Positions 19,118 through 27,696 of a stretch of 64,000 bases of DNA are shown one piece after another. Below the pieces are notes generated by a model. That model saw only the letters and a list, made by a program, of their open reading frames with translations. It was not told the origin of the DNA and made no database searches. The stretch is from Prevotella sp. (GTDB taxonomy: Bacteria > Bacteroidota > Bacteroidia > Bacteroidales > Bacteroidaceae). Both the position numbers and the translations under genes were made by a program. Each line of letters opens with the position of its first letter. Within the stretch, counting starts at the first letter, position 1. Location: NCBI GenBank assembly GCA_017467565.1, contig JAFUSV010000001.1, forward strand, positions 6,744 to 70,743. The letters run 5' to 3'.

Positions 19118-20389
19118 ATGAACGAAGCTACCTTCAACTACGTGCGCCAACATGCCGACGACGACGTCAGCCTGTTGGCGCTTCGTGGTTGTAAGGACCC
19201 CGACGTCGACCTGCCCTATGCCCTGCAGCAGATAGAGGGCCGGCAGACCGCCCGCCAGAAACTGCCGTCGTGGGCTGCGCTGGATGCCATACAGTACCCC
19301 GTACACCTCTCCATGGAGCAGTGCTCCAGCGAGGCGACCGCCCGCTACAAAGCCCGGCTATGCCGTCGTCTCCTTGAAGCGTCAAATTTCAAACTTCAAA
19401 CTTCAAAACTCCTCGACCTCACCGGCGGCTTCGGCGTAGACTTCATCTTCATGAGCGAGGCCTTCGACGAGGCTGTCTACGTAGAGCGCAACGACGCTCT
19501 GTATCAGGTAGCCTCGGCCAATATCGCCCTGCTGTGTCCTCATGCCACGGCCCTCTGTGCCGACGGCATCAGCGTGTTGCAGCAGAGCGGCCATGTCACG
19601 GTCGTCTTCCTCGACCCGGCGCGCCGCGACGACCACGGCGCCCGCACCTACGGCATAGCCGACTGCACGCCCAACGTGCTCGACATCAGGCAGACGTTGT
19701 TGCAGAAGGCCGACTACGTCGTATTGAAGCTGTCGCCCATGCTCGACTGGCGCAAGGCCGTGCACGATCTTGGTGAGCAGTATGTGCGCGAGGTGCACAT
19801 CGTCTCGGTGGCCAACGAGTGCAAGGAGCTGCTCCTGGTGCTCTCTGCCGAAGGTGCCCCCCTGGCCCTCCACTGCCAGAACGACGACCAGCACTTCTGC
19901 CCCATGGGGGATCTAAGCCCTATGAGCCCTATGAGCCCTATGAGCCATATTGGCCCTATGAGCCATATTGGCCCTATGAGCCATATTGGCCCTATAAGCC
20001 ATATTGGCCCTATAAGCCCCATAGGCCCTATTACCCCCTACCTCTACGAGCCTAATGCCTCCATCATGAAGGCGGGGTGCTTTGCGCAGCTTGCTGCGCA
20101 TTATGGCGTGGCGCACATCGCGCCTAACAGCCACCTGTTTCTCGCGCCCCGTCTCATCGCTGACTTCCCGGGGCGCATCTTCCGCATCACGGCCGTCACG
20201 ACTATGAACAAGCGCGACCTGAAACGCGCCCTCGGCTCACTGACACAGGCCAACATTGCCACCCGCAATTTCCCACTCAGCGTAGCCGAACTGCGCCGAC
20301 GCCTGAAACTGAAAGATGGTGGCGAGACCTACATCTTCGCCACCACCCAGACCGACGGTACACGCATACTGATAGTATGCCGGAAATGA
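19118..20389 (+). CDS. Class I SAM-dependent methyltransferase with THUMP-like C-terminus
   Basis: LSMEQCSSE, DLTGGFGVD, FLDPARR, KLSPMLD, YLYEPNASIMKAG, RNFPLS. Confidence 0.88.
   Translation: MNEATFNYVRQHADDDVSLLALRGCKDPDVDLPYALQQIEGRQTARQKLPSWAALDAIQYPVHLSMEQCSSEATARYKARLCRRLLEASNFKLQTSKLLDLTGGFGVDFIFMSEAFDEAVYVERNDALYQVASANIALLCPHATALCADGISVLQQSGHVTVVFLDPARRDDHGARTYGIADCTPNVLDIRQTLLQKADYVVLKLSPMLDWRKAVHDLGEQYVREVHIVSVANECKELLLVLSAEGAPLALHCQNDDQHFCPMGDLSPMSPMSPMSHIGPMSHIGPMSHIGPISHIGPISPIGPITPYLYEPNASIMKAGCFAQLAAHYGVAHIAPNSHLFLAPRLIADFPGRIFRITAVTTMNKRDLKRALGSLTQANIATRNFPLSVAELRRRLKLKDGGETYIFATTQTDGTRILIVCRK
19915..20033. repeat. 9/18-bp tandem repeat in frame in the methyltransferase
   Basis: AGCCCTATG x3, then AGCCATATTGGCCCTATR units, encoding SPM SPM SPM SHIGPM... 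Confidence 0.92.
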
Positions 20390-20420
20390 TAAACAATTAT
20401 CAATTATCCATTATCCATTC

Positions 20421-22067
20421 TCATTTGTCCATTACCAAAAGTCCATTCCTGATGACCAGCTGACGGCGTCCGGCCTTAGCCAGGCGGCCCGACAGGTCAT
20501 AGGTGCGGTTGTCGTACCTGGCGGAAGGAAGGTATGTACCGTGGTTCAGGCTTCCTATGCCCTGCGTCTCGGCCTCTACATACTCTACCTCGTTCAAGCT
20601 CATAGCCTTGTTGACCAGGGCGGTGCTGCCGGCCAGAGGAACATACAGCTCCAGGCTCGACTTCAGCATCTTACCCTGCTCCACGGCAGCAATCTCCTCC
20701 GGGCACATGCCGGCGCGCCAGAACATCAGTTCGCTGAACTCACGGCTGACAGACGTTGTCTCGTCGCCCACGACGTAGCGGCTCAGTGGTGATATGCGTT
20801 CCCTCAATTCGCCTTTCGAATCGGTGTCGACGGCCGGTTGACCATCAACATAGAGCAGCGTGCGACCCTGGGCGTAGTAGTGAGTCAGCGTGATGTAGTG
20901 CCACTGCGAGTCGTCGATGGTGTTCTCGCTGGTCAGCGTCTTGTTCGTGGCGTTCGTGTACACCACGTGTCCGTCGGCCGTGACAGCAATGTTCAGTGTG
21001 CGACTGCCTGCCGAGAAGTATCCGGTCAAGAGGCGTCCCTCGGCGTTACCTTTGACACGCAGCGTGACGGTAAACGGGTGGACGGTACCCTCACCGCTGA
21101 ACCGGATGGTGTTGCCGTCGCTCAGCACCATCGACTTGTTGCGGTCGCGCACGGGCTGTGCCTTGCCACTCTTGATGGCATCAAAAAGTGATGGCGTCAT
21201 GGCATAGAAAAACTCCTTGTGGCCGTTGGTCGTAGGGTGGGCATTATCCTGCTGGTAGCCGTCGGCCCAGTGTCCGGCACCGTTGTCGATGGCACCCAGC
21301 GTGTTGAACGACGACACGTTCCATTCGTGTATCAGCAGGTTCATCTGCTTGATGTAGCTATAGTCGTCCAGGGTGAAGTCGCCGCGCGTGTAGTTGTTCA
21401 TCACCACGGGCACCTTGCCGTCGGCCTTGATCTTCGAAATGATTCTCTGCAAGTTCGTCGAGAACTGGTTCAGCGTCTGCTGCTTGTTCGACGATTCGTG
21501 AATGCCCTCGTTACCCATCGACAGTCCGATGATGACATATTTCGCATGGTCGCGCGTCATGTCATCATAGCGGTTGAGCAGCGCCTGCGTGGTGTTACCG
21601 CCGATGCTGATACCCGAGACGTAGAAGGCATTCTCCGACTCGCCCTTCGTCAGACGTTCCTTCAGCTGTTCGCCATAGAGGTAGGCGTAGCCTTTGTTGC
21701 CCGTAGCCCCCTGTCCGTTGCAGACGCTCGATCCGAAGGCCGATATGCGGTTGTCGTCCGTGGGTGCCTCAAACGACCATGCTTTTGTCGAGAGGTTGAA
21801 CGTGGCGGTGTACTTGCCGCCGTTGATGCGGATGTTGGCTGACTTGTAGCTCTGTTCCGGGCACTCGAAGTAGACATACTTGTCGCTGAAGAGGAACACG
21901 TTCGAGTCGTCGAGCGTCACCTCTCCCTGATAGATGTTATTACCCTGTGCCTGCAGCTGTGTGGTCACCTTCACGATGTTACCTTTGAGGAACACGTCCT
22001 GTGCCAGTGCACAGAATGTAAAGATGTACAAGTGCAGGAATGCACAGATGGTCAAAGTCCGTTTCAT
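20421..22067 (-). CDS. SGNH/GDSL hydrolase with LamG-like domain and T9SS tail
   Basis: FGSSV, SIGGNTT, SMGNEG, DNAHP blocks; YDLSGR tail. Confidence 0.85.
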   Translation of the reverse strand: MKRTLTICAFLHLYIFTFCALAQDVFLKGNIVKVTTQLQAQGNNIYQGEVTLDDSNVFLFSDKYVYFECPEQSYKSANIRINGGKYTATFNLSTKAWSFEAPTDDNRISAFGSSVCNGQGATGNKGYAYLYGEQLKERLTKGESENAFYVSGISIGGNTTQALLNRYDDMTRDHAKYVIIGLSMGNEGIHESSNKQQTLNQFSTNLQRIISKIKADGKVPVVMNNYTRGDFTLDDYSYIKQMNLLIHEWNVSSFNTLGAIDNGAGHWADGYQQDNAHPTTNGHKEFFYAMTPSLFDAIKSGKAQPVRDRNKSMVLSDGNTIRFSGEGTVHPFTVTLRVKGNAEGRLLTGYFSAGSRTLNIAVTADGHVVYTNATNKTLTSENTIDDSQWHYITLTHYYAQGRTLLYVDGQPAVDTDSKGELRERISPLSRYVVGDETTSVSREFSELMFWRAGMCPEEIAAVEQGKMLKSSLELYVPLAGSTALVNKAMSLNEVEYVEAETQGIGSLNHGTYLPSARYDNRTYDLSGRLAKAGRRQLVIRNGLLVMDK

Positions 22068-22540
22068 ACAGTAAACTTCGTTTTTAGTTATTATTACTTA
22101 CTGCGTGCAAAGTTACAAATAATAATTGTGACTGCCAAGGAAATAGTGCAAAATCTTCACACTTTTTAGTATATGTGCAATAATAGGGGGGGTATGAAAA
22201 AAAATTATGGGATAATGTATTGTTATTCGGGAAATATGTAGTAACTTTGCACGCGATATCAGGTTATGTCCAATTATATATATTAGAAAGGTAAAAAGAT
22301 TATGATGCTGACAATGACACCCAGGATTACGGTCGTAGATCGCTCTGTACCGAAAGGCAGGGCGACAACCGGTGTGACGTCAGCAGCAGTAGCGATGTCT
22401 ACCCGCCTCCGAGAAAAAGAGTGTAATCAGACACCATTGTACACTAACATAACCACTACCCCCACAATTACCTATAGCTATGGCGCAGCAGCAAGACATA
22501 CGAGCAAGCCCCGACAAGGGGGCCATCCATCGCCTACCGA

Positions 22541-23032
22541 GTGATGGAGGATGCAGCTGCGTTCTACCTGGCCCGCGGTGACTACCAGGCAGCCAGGGAG
22601 CATGTAGACCGGCTGGCCGGCGACATGATATTCTATGACGACGTGCACGAAGCCTACAAGGCCGCATTGGCGCATATCTACGAGGCAGAGCATGCCGGAC
22701 GCCACCGCCATGCACGCAGTGAGGGCGGCAAGGTGCCCGCGGAGCTGACCACGCCCAAGGCCAAGGAGCTGTTGGAGCGCGCCAGGCAGGCGGGCTATCT
22801 GGACGACGAGTACATGACGCTGCTCTCGCGTACCGAGTCGGCCATACTGGCCAATGCCCTGGCTGCATGTCTGGGCATCAGGCCCAAATGGAAGACATTC
22901 GGAGAATACTGGGATCTCGACAACATGCGCAGCGACTATAACAAAGGCTTGGACATGGTGAAAGCAGGTGCTTTCATCAGCGAACTGAAGAAAATGCTGC
23001 CTGAATGGAAGGTGAAAACCGACCAACCGTAA
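22541..23032 (+). CDS. Hypothetical protein upstream of vapE
   Basis: 163-aa ORF with host-like codon usage. It is preceded by an overlapping 80-aa ORF (22302-22544) and a TAACTTTGCA promoter at ~22242. Confidence 0.7.
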   Translation: MMEDAAAFYLARGDYQAAREHVDRLAGDMIFYDDVHEAYKAALAHIYEAEHAGRHRHARSEGGKVPAELTTPKAKELLERARQAGYLDDEYMTLLSRTESAILANALAACLGIRPKWKTFGEYWDLDNMRSDYNKGLDMVKAGAFISELKKMLPEWKVKTDQP

Positions 23033-23127
23033 CACCTACGCGTAGGCGAAACGTAACGGACTGATATCTCAAAAAACCACTAATTTTGCACCCAAAATCA
23101 TTTCACAACAAAAACGAGTGCAAAGTT

Positions 23128-24417
23128 ATGGATAAGCAAAAAGAGAAAAAAGAAATCAAGGAGAAAAAGGAGAACTGGCGCGAGTACTGGGCCACAGTAG
23201 ACGACATTGAGCGATTTCTGGACGACCACATCCTGCTGCGCCGCAATGTGGTGACGGGACGCGTGGAGTGCCGCATACCCGAGAGCGACTATTTCCAGCA
23301 CGACGGCGCGGCAGGGATGACCACCGACTGGGTGCCCCTCACCGACCACATCGTCAACGAGCTGTGGCGACTGCTCTCGAAGACCAAGAAGGTGAAGAAA
23401 CCCGACATATACAACGTCATAGAGTCCAACTACACACCCTGCTACCACCCCTTCCGCTACTACCTCGAGCACCTGCCCCACTGGGACGGCCAGGACTACA
23501 TACTGGCCATGTCGGTGTCGGTCACCGTGAAGGGCGAGACCGAGGAGCAGGCACTCTTTGCCGACTACCTGAAGAAGTGGCTCGTGGGCATGGTGGCCGG
23601 ATGGGTAGACCCCGACGTGGTCAACAACGTCATACTGGTGCTCATCGGCGAGCAGGGGTCCTACAAGACCACCTGGTTCAGCCGCCTGCTGCCCCCGCAG
23701 CTGCAGCAGTACTTCCGCGTGAAGACCAACTCGAGCCGCATGACCAAGGACGACCTGCTGGTGCTCTCAGACTATGGACTCGTGTGCTACGAGGAGCTGG
23801 AGACCATGCGCCCCTCGGAGCTCAACCAGCTGAAGGCCGCCGTCACCATGCCCTCCGTCGACGAGCGCCGGCCCTACGACCGCTACACCGAGCACCGGCA
23901 GCACGTAGCATCCTTCTGCGGCACGGGCAACAGCGTGCAGTTCCTCTCTGACCCCACGGGCAACCGCCGCTGGCTGCCCTTCGAGGTGCAGTCCATCGAC
24001 CCCCCGCAGTCGCACCCCCTCAACTACGAGGGCATCTACAGCCAGGCCTACGCCCTTTACTGCCAGGGCTACCGCTACTGGTTCACCCGACAGGAGATGG
24101 AACGCCTCACGGAGCACAACCGTCAGTTCGAGACACCTCGGCTGGAGAAGGAGCTGGTGAATCTATACTTCCGCCAACCGGTGGGAGTAGAAGGCGGCGT
24201 GTTCATGAGCGTGGCACGTGCCATGCAGATAGTCAGCAGCAACATCTCACAGAAACTGTCAGCGGTTTATCTGGGACGTGCTTTCTGTGAACTGGGCTTC
24301 CAGCAAGTCAAGTCGGGTGGCCATCGAGGTTACATCGTCGAATGTCGCAGTGCCGAGGAGATGCAGCAGATACAGCGTCAAATGGCCAGCGAGGCACATA
24401 CCGAGAGTGGACGGTAG
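23128..24417 (+). CDS. vapE: VapE (virulence-associated E) family P-loop helicase/ATPase
   Basis: YHPFRYYLEHLPHWDG, LIGEQGSYKTTW, EELE, RRPY, ASFCGTGN, FLSDPTGNRRWLPF. Confidence 0.9.
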   Translation: MDKQKEKKEIKEKKENWREYWATVDDIERFLDDHILLRRNVVTGRVECRIPESDYFQHDGAAGMTTDWVPLTDHIVNELWRLLSKTKKVKKPDIYNVIESNYTPCYHPFRYYLEHLPHWDGQDYILAMSVSVTVKGETEEQALFADYLKKWLVGMVAGWVDPDVVNNVILVLIGEQGSYKTTWFSRLLPPQLQQYFRVKTNSSRMTKDDLLVLSDYGLVCYEELETMRPSELNQLKAAVTMPSVDERRPYDRYTEHRQHVASFCGTGNSVQFLSDPTGNRRWLPFEVQSIDPPQSHPLNYEGIYSQAYALYCQGYRYWFTRQEMERLTEHNRQFETPRLEKELVNLYFRQPVGVEGGVFMSVARAMQIVSSNISQKLSAVYLGRAFCELGFQQVKSGGHRGYIVECRSAEEMQQIQRQMASEAHTESGR

Positions 24418-24532
24418 GACAGTAGGACAGTAGATTACGTAAAAATCCTTCCTGCGTACATACGTGTGTACGCGTATGTGTACGTACGCAATAAAATTTT
24501 CAAAAAACTACTGTCCTACTGTCCACTGTCCA
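24408..24532. repeat. Inverted GGACAGTA iterons flanking an alternating RY tract (ori-like)
   Basis: TGGACGGTAGGACAGTAGGACAGTAG (24408-24433) vs CTACTGTCCTACTGTCCACTGTCCA (24508-24532); RY alternation 24453-24490. Confidence 0.8.
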
Positions 24533-24566
24533 ACAGTAAACAACTTATGAAGTAATCATTAAGCTA

Positions 24567-24871
24567 TGAAAATGATAAATTTACAGACCCCACCCCTGCC
24601 CCTCCCCTTGAAGGGAGGGGAGTTCCTACGGAAACCCATGCGCGCTCTGAGCGCGACAGCCACTCCAATAAGCACGACAGTTGCTCCCCTCCCTTCACTG
24701 AGCGCGACAGCCCCTCCAATAAGCACGACAGCTGCTCCCCTCCCTTCACTGAGCGCGACAGCCCCTCCAATAAGCACGACAGCTGCTCCCCTCCCTTCAC
24801 TGAGCGCGACAGCCACTCCCCTCCCTTCAAGGGGAGGGGTAGGGGTGGGGTCTGTAACTTTATCATTTTCA
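24567..24871. repeat. MITE/REP-like element: 57-bp terminal inverted repeats enclosing 51-bp direct repeats
   Basis: IRs 24567-24623 and 24815-24871 (2 mismatches); units start at 24647, 24698, 24749 and 24800 (partial). Confidence 0.9.
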
Positions 24872-24890
24872 ATGTAACATCATCACCACT

Positions 24891-25310
24891 ATGACCAACA
24901 AAACCATCCCTACAAGCCCCGAAACACTGACCAGCCGCGACGCCGAGCGCCTGCTGGCCGCCGAGGTAGCCGCCGTCATACTCAGCAGCAGTGCCGACGA
25001 GCACCTGCACTGGACCGGCACCGCCATCGACCTGATGGAAGCCCTCTACACCGCCTACCTCACCTACACCCTGCGCGACGACGAGGGCAACTGCCTCTCC
25101 TTCCGCCAGATAGTCAGCCGTGCCTGCGCCGTGCTCCACACCCCCGTGCCCCACAACCCCTATGAGGTGGCCTGCCGCGCCCGCCGCCGCAAGGGACTGA
25201 AGTGCCTGCCCTTCCTCGACCGCTACCTCTGGCAGAAGCAGCACCACCCCCACTCTCAGCCCTTCCTCCGCCTTGTAGCCGGCGGCGAAACAGCCTCCTT
25301 CAGACCCTGA
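24891..25310 (+). CDS. RteC-like hypothetical protein
   Basis: LHWTGTAIDLMEALY resembles the RteC WTGS..DL.EL.YAL motif. Confidence 0.55.
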   Translation: MTNKTIPTSPETLTSRDAERLLAAEVAAVILSSSADEHLHWTGTAIDLMEALYTAYLTYTLRDDEGNCLSFRQIVSRACAVLHTPVPHNPYEVACRARRRKGLKCLPFLDRYLWQKQHHPHSQPFLRLVAGGETASFRP

Positions 25311-25454
25311 CGGAGCCAATATTAGACCCTGACGGAGCCTGTTTGAAAACCCAATCCAGCCTCCCTCAGCCCCTGATCCAGCCTCCCTCAGCCCCTGATC
25401 CAGCCTCCCTCAAGTTCCAATCCAGCCTGCTGCAGGGTCTGAAACAGGCTGGAT
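25288..25454. repeat. Degenerate 22-bp tandem array (ATCCAGCCTCCCTCAGCCCCTG type)
   Basis: Near-exact units at 25354, 25376 and 25398; degenerate units at 25310, 25332 and 25420; terminal inverted copy CAGGCTGGAT. Confidence 0.75.
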
Positions 25455-25633
25455 GTAGATTTTATCCAATGGCAACAATGTCACTGAATCGAGTCATCCA
25501 CGCTCGTTTTCACCTAATCTAACCCTAAAGATTTTTTTTTCTTGCTTTTTCGGCAAAAAATATCAAAATTACTTGGATTAATTGGAAATAACACCTATCT
25601 TTGCACCCGTGAAACTGATTAATTGTTAGGATT

Positions 25634-25795
25634 ATGGAAGAAAAGAAGTTCAAAAACAGGACGGAACGGCTGGAGTGGCTTGATGCCCAGAAGGGTTGGG
25701 GGCCGCTGACTGAAGAGGAAAAGGCAATCTTAGACGATGCCGTAAGAATGGTAACCAACCTCAATTCGAAGCCGAGGTATGCGGTATCTTATTGA
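25634..25795 (+). CDS. Putative 53-aa antitoxin (not in ORF track)
   Basis: MEEKKFKNRTERLEWLDAQKGWGPLTEEEKAILDDAVRMVTNLNSKPRYAVSY. Follows a TATCTTTGCA promoter and overlaps vapC by 17 nt. Confidence 0.7.
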   Translation: MEEKKFKNRTERLEWLDAQKGWGPLTEEEKAILDDAVRMVTNLNSKPRYAVSY

Positions 25796-26195
25796 CACTC
25801 ATATCTTCATCTGGTACCTCAAAGAGCGTGAGAACCTATCGCGCGACGTGATTGCTATCCTTGAGGACTACGAGAACCAGATTTACCTCAGTGCCGAGTC
25901 TCTGCGTGAGTTTGTGCTGTTGTGGAACAGCAAGCCGCACATCCGCAGATGGTGGAAGACTCCGTCTGACATGATAAGGGCTGTCGAGGAGGAAGCCCAG
26001 TTCCAGATTCTCTACCTCCACAAAGAGCACTATGACCGCTATGCCCGCCTCGAAATCAACGAAGCACAGGAGCATTACGACCCCAGCGACCACATCATCA
26101 TCTCACATGCCCTTTGCAACGGCATCCCCCTCATCAGCGACGATGACAAGTTTCCTTTCTATCGTTCACAAGGCTTGGAACTGATAGAGAACTGA
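25779..26195 (+). CDS. vapC: VapC/PIN-domain toxin
   Basis: MRYLIDTHIFIW, SAESLRE, HYDPSDHIIISHA, LISDDDKF. Confidence 0.9.
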   Translation: MRYLIDTHIFIWYLKERENLSRDVIAILEDYENQIYLSAESLREFVLLWNSKPHIRRWWKTPSDMIRAVEEEAQFQILYLHKEHYDRYARLEINEAQEHYDPSDHIIISHALCNGIPLISDDDKFPFYRSQGLELIEN

Positions 26196-26221
26196 TAAAC
26201 CACTTAGAAACAGAAAAATAT

Positions 26222-26260
26222 CCGCCGAGATTCTCTACCGATGAGAGCCTCGGCGGTTTT
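26222..26260 (+). terminator. Intrinsic terminator after vapC
   Basis: CCGCCGAG...CTCGGCGG hairpin followed by TTTTT. Confidence 0.7.
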
Positions 26261-26509
26261 TATATGTCCGGCGATCTCATCTGTCAACACGAATAAAAAT
26301 CATCCCCACATCTATCCCCCGATGACGTTTGCCCAGGTCGGAAAAAAGCTGTACCTTTGCAGTGAAGAAAGTGAAGAGTGAAAAGTGAAGAGTGAAGAAT
26401 TCGGCTACCGCGGAGCTGTCTGACCTCGTTCCTCCTTACTCACTCCTCGTTCCTCGAAACAAAAGTATTAACCATTTAAAACACACACAGTGAGAAAGGA
26501 AACTGAATT

Positions 26510-26974
26510 ATGATGTTGAACTACAGAAAGTATCAGAATCAGAACAAGAAGTCGAATGCCTTTGGCAAGTGGTACGCACGTGCCGTCATCCGTGAGAGCG
26601 TGGGCATCGAGGAGATGGCTACCAAGATGCAGGACAACTGCACCGTGAAGCGCGCCGATATCCTGGCCGTGCTCAGCGAACTGGGTCCCACCATGCGCGA
26701 CCTGCTGCAGGACTCTAAGCGCGTCGTCATCCCCTACCTGGGGGCCTTCAAGATGGGCCTGAGCACCGAGGGGGCCGAGAGCGAGGATAAGTTCACGGCC
26801 AAGAACGTGAAGAGCGTCCGCGTGCTGTTCCAGCCCACCACCCGCATGACCCCCGAAGGCCGCCGCGTGAAGGACCTGACCGACAACTGCCGCGTGGTAG
26901 AGTATCAGACCGAGTTTGGCAAGACGGCCCAGGGCGGCTCTGCCGGCGACGACACCACGATCGAGAATCCTTAA
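26510..26974 (+). CDS. Bacteroidales HU-like DNA-binding protein
   Basis: GKWYARAV...CTVKRADILAVLSEL...LGAFKMGLS...RVLFQP. Confidence 0.88.
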   Translation: MMLNYRKYQNQNKKSNAFGKWYARAVIRESVGIEEMATKMQDNCTVKRADILAVLSELGPTMRDLLQDSKRVVIPYLGAFKMGLSTEGAESEDKFTAKNVKSVRVLFQPTTRMTPEGRRVKDLTDNCRVVEYQTEFGKTAQGGSAGDDTTIENP

Positions 26975-27012
26975 CCCCATCTTTAGTTGAACCTTAAAAA
27001 AATCTGATTACC

Positions 27013-27108
27013 ATGAAAAACAACACTTGGAAATTCGTCGTTCAGACGCTTCTGGCCATTCTCTCGGCCATTGCAACGAGCTTAGGTGTCACATCGTGCA
27101 TCTGTTGA
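27013..27108 (+). CDS. Smalltalk family small membrane protein (31 aa, not in ORF track)
   Basis: MKNNTWKFVVQTLLAILSAIATSLGVTSCIC; typical WK..LQ...AI.T.LG.TSC pattern, located after an HU-like gene. Confidence 0.85.
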   Translation: MKNNTWKFVVQTLLAILSAIATSLGVTSCIC

Positions 27109-27112
27109 TTGG

Positions 27113-27138
27113 AAAAAGCCTCCAAAAGAGGCTTTTTT
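27113..27138 (+). terminator. Terminator after smalltalk
   Basis: AAAAAGCCTC-CAAAA-GAGGCTTTTTT. Confidence 0.75.
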
Positions 27139-27183
27139 CTTAATGTAAAAATTAAATAATGTAATAATGTAAAAATTAAATAA

Positions 27184-27651
27184 ATGGAAAACATCAAACT
27201 TCAAACTTCAAACTTCAAAGTTCAAACTTCAAAGTCTACCCGCGGCGTGCGCAACAATAATCCGCTGAACATCATCGTCAGCAAGTCACAGTGGGTAGGC
27301 AAGATTGCCGACCCGACGAAGAAGAAGGACAAGGTCTTCGAGGAATTCACCACCATGGCCTACGGACTCAGAGCTGCCATCCTGCTGCTGCGCAGCTACA
27401 TCAGCAAGGGCTACGACACCGTACCCGCCATCATTCACCGCTGGTGCCCCGACCACACTGCCTGTGCCTACACCCGTACCGTCGTCTCGCGCATGGCCAG
27501 GGCACTGCCCGGCTTCGACTCCATGAAACCCGTCGCGCCGACCGACCGCGACACCCTGTACCAGTTGGTACGTGCCATGGCCTACGTGGAGAGCATCTGT
27601 GAGGTCAGCCGGCAGGAGTTCGATGAGGCGCTTTCTCTATGTGAGAAGTGA
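27184..27651 (+). CDS. Phage structural protein P5-like / putative peptidoglycan hydrolase
   Basis: TRGVRNNNPLNI...W.G...FEEF...YGLRAA...Y...TVPAIIHRWCP...AMAYVES. N-terminus contains (TCAAACT)6-type repeats. Confidence 0.7.
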   Translation: MENIKLQTSNFKVQTSKSTRGVRNNNPLNIIVSKSQWVGKIADPTKKKDKVFEEFTTMAYGLRAAILLLRSYISKGYDTVPAIIHRWCPDHTACAYTRTVVSRMARALPGFDSMKPVAPTDRDTLYQLVRAMAYVESICEVSRQEFDEALSLCEK

Positions 27652-27696
27652 AGAAATTTGGGGTATGGGAGGGGAGTACCTGCGGAGCATAGACAA

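Noticed and set aside
22186-22204. G7 and A8 homopolymers as a phase-variable promoter
   Set aside because: The tracts are short and not within a promoter spacer; support is insufficient.
22302-22544. 80-aa ORF as a confident gene
   Set aside because: No recognisable motif; it could be a leader or a frameshifted 5' part of 22541-23032.
24647-24829. CRISPR array
   Set aside because: The 51-bp units are contiguous and nearly identical, with no unique spacers, and there are no cas genes.
24559-25319. ORFs 24559-24816, 24564-25319 and 24566-24877 as proteins
   Set aside because: They are translations of the foldback repeat or antisense to the RteC-like gene.
22300-27651. Intact prophage or ICE
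   Set aside because: No integrase, terminase, capsid, relaxase or att repeats are visible.
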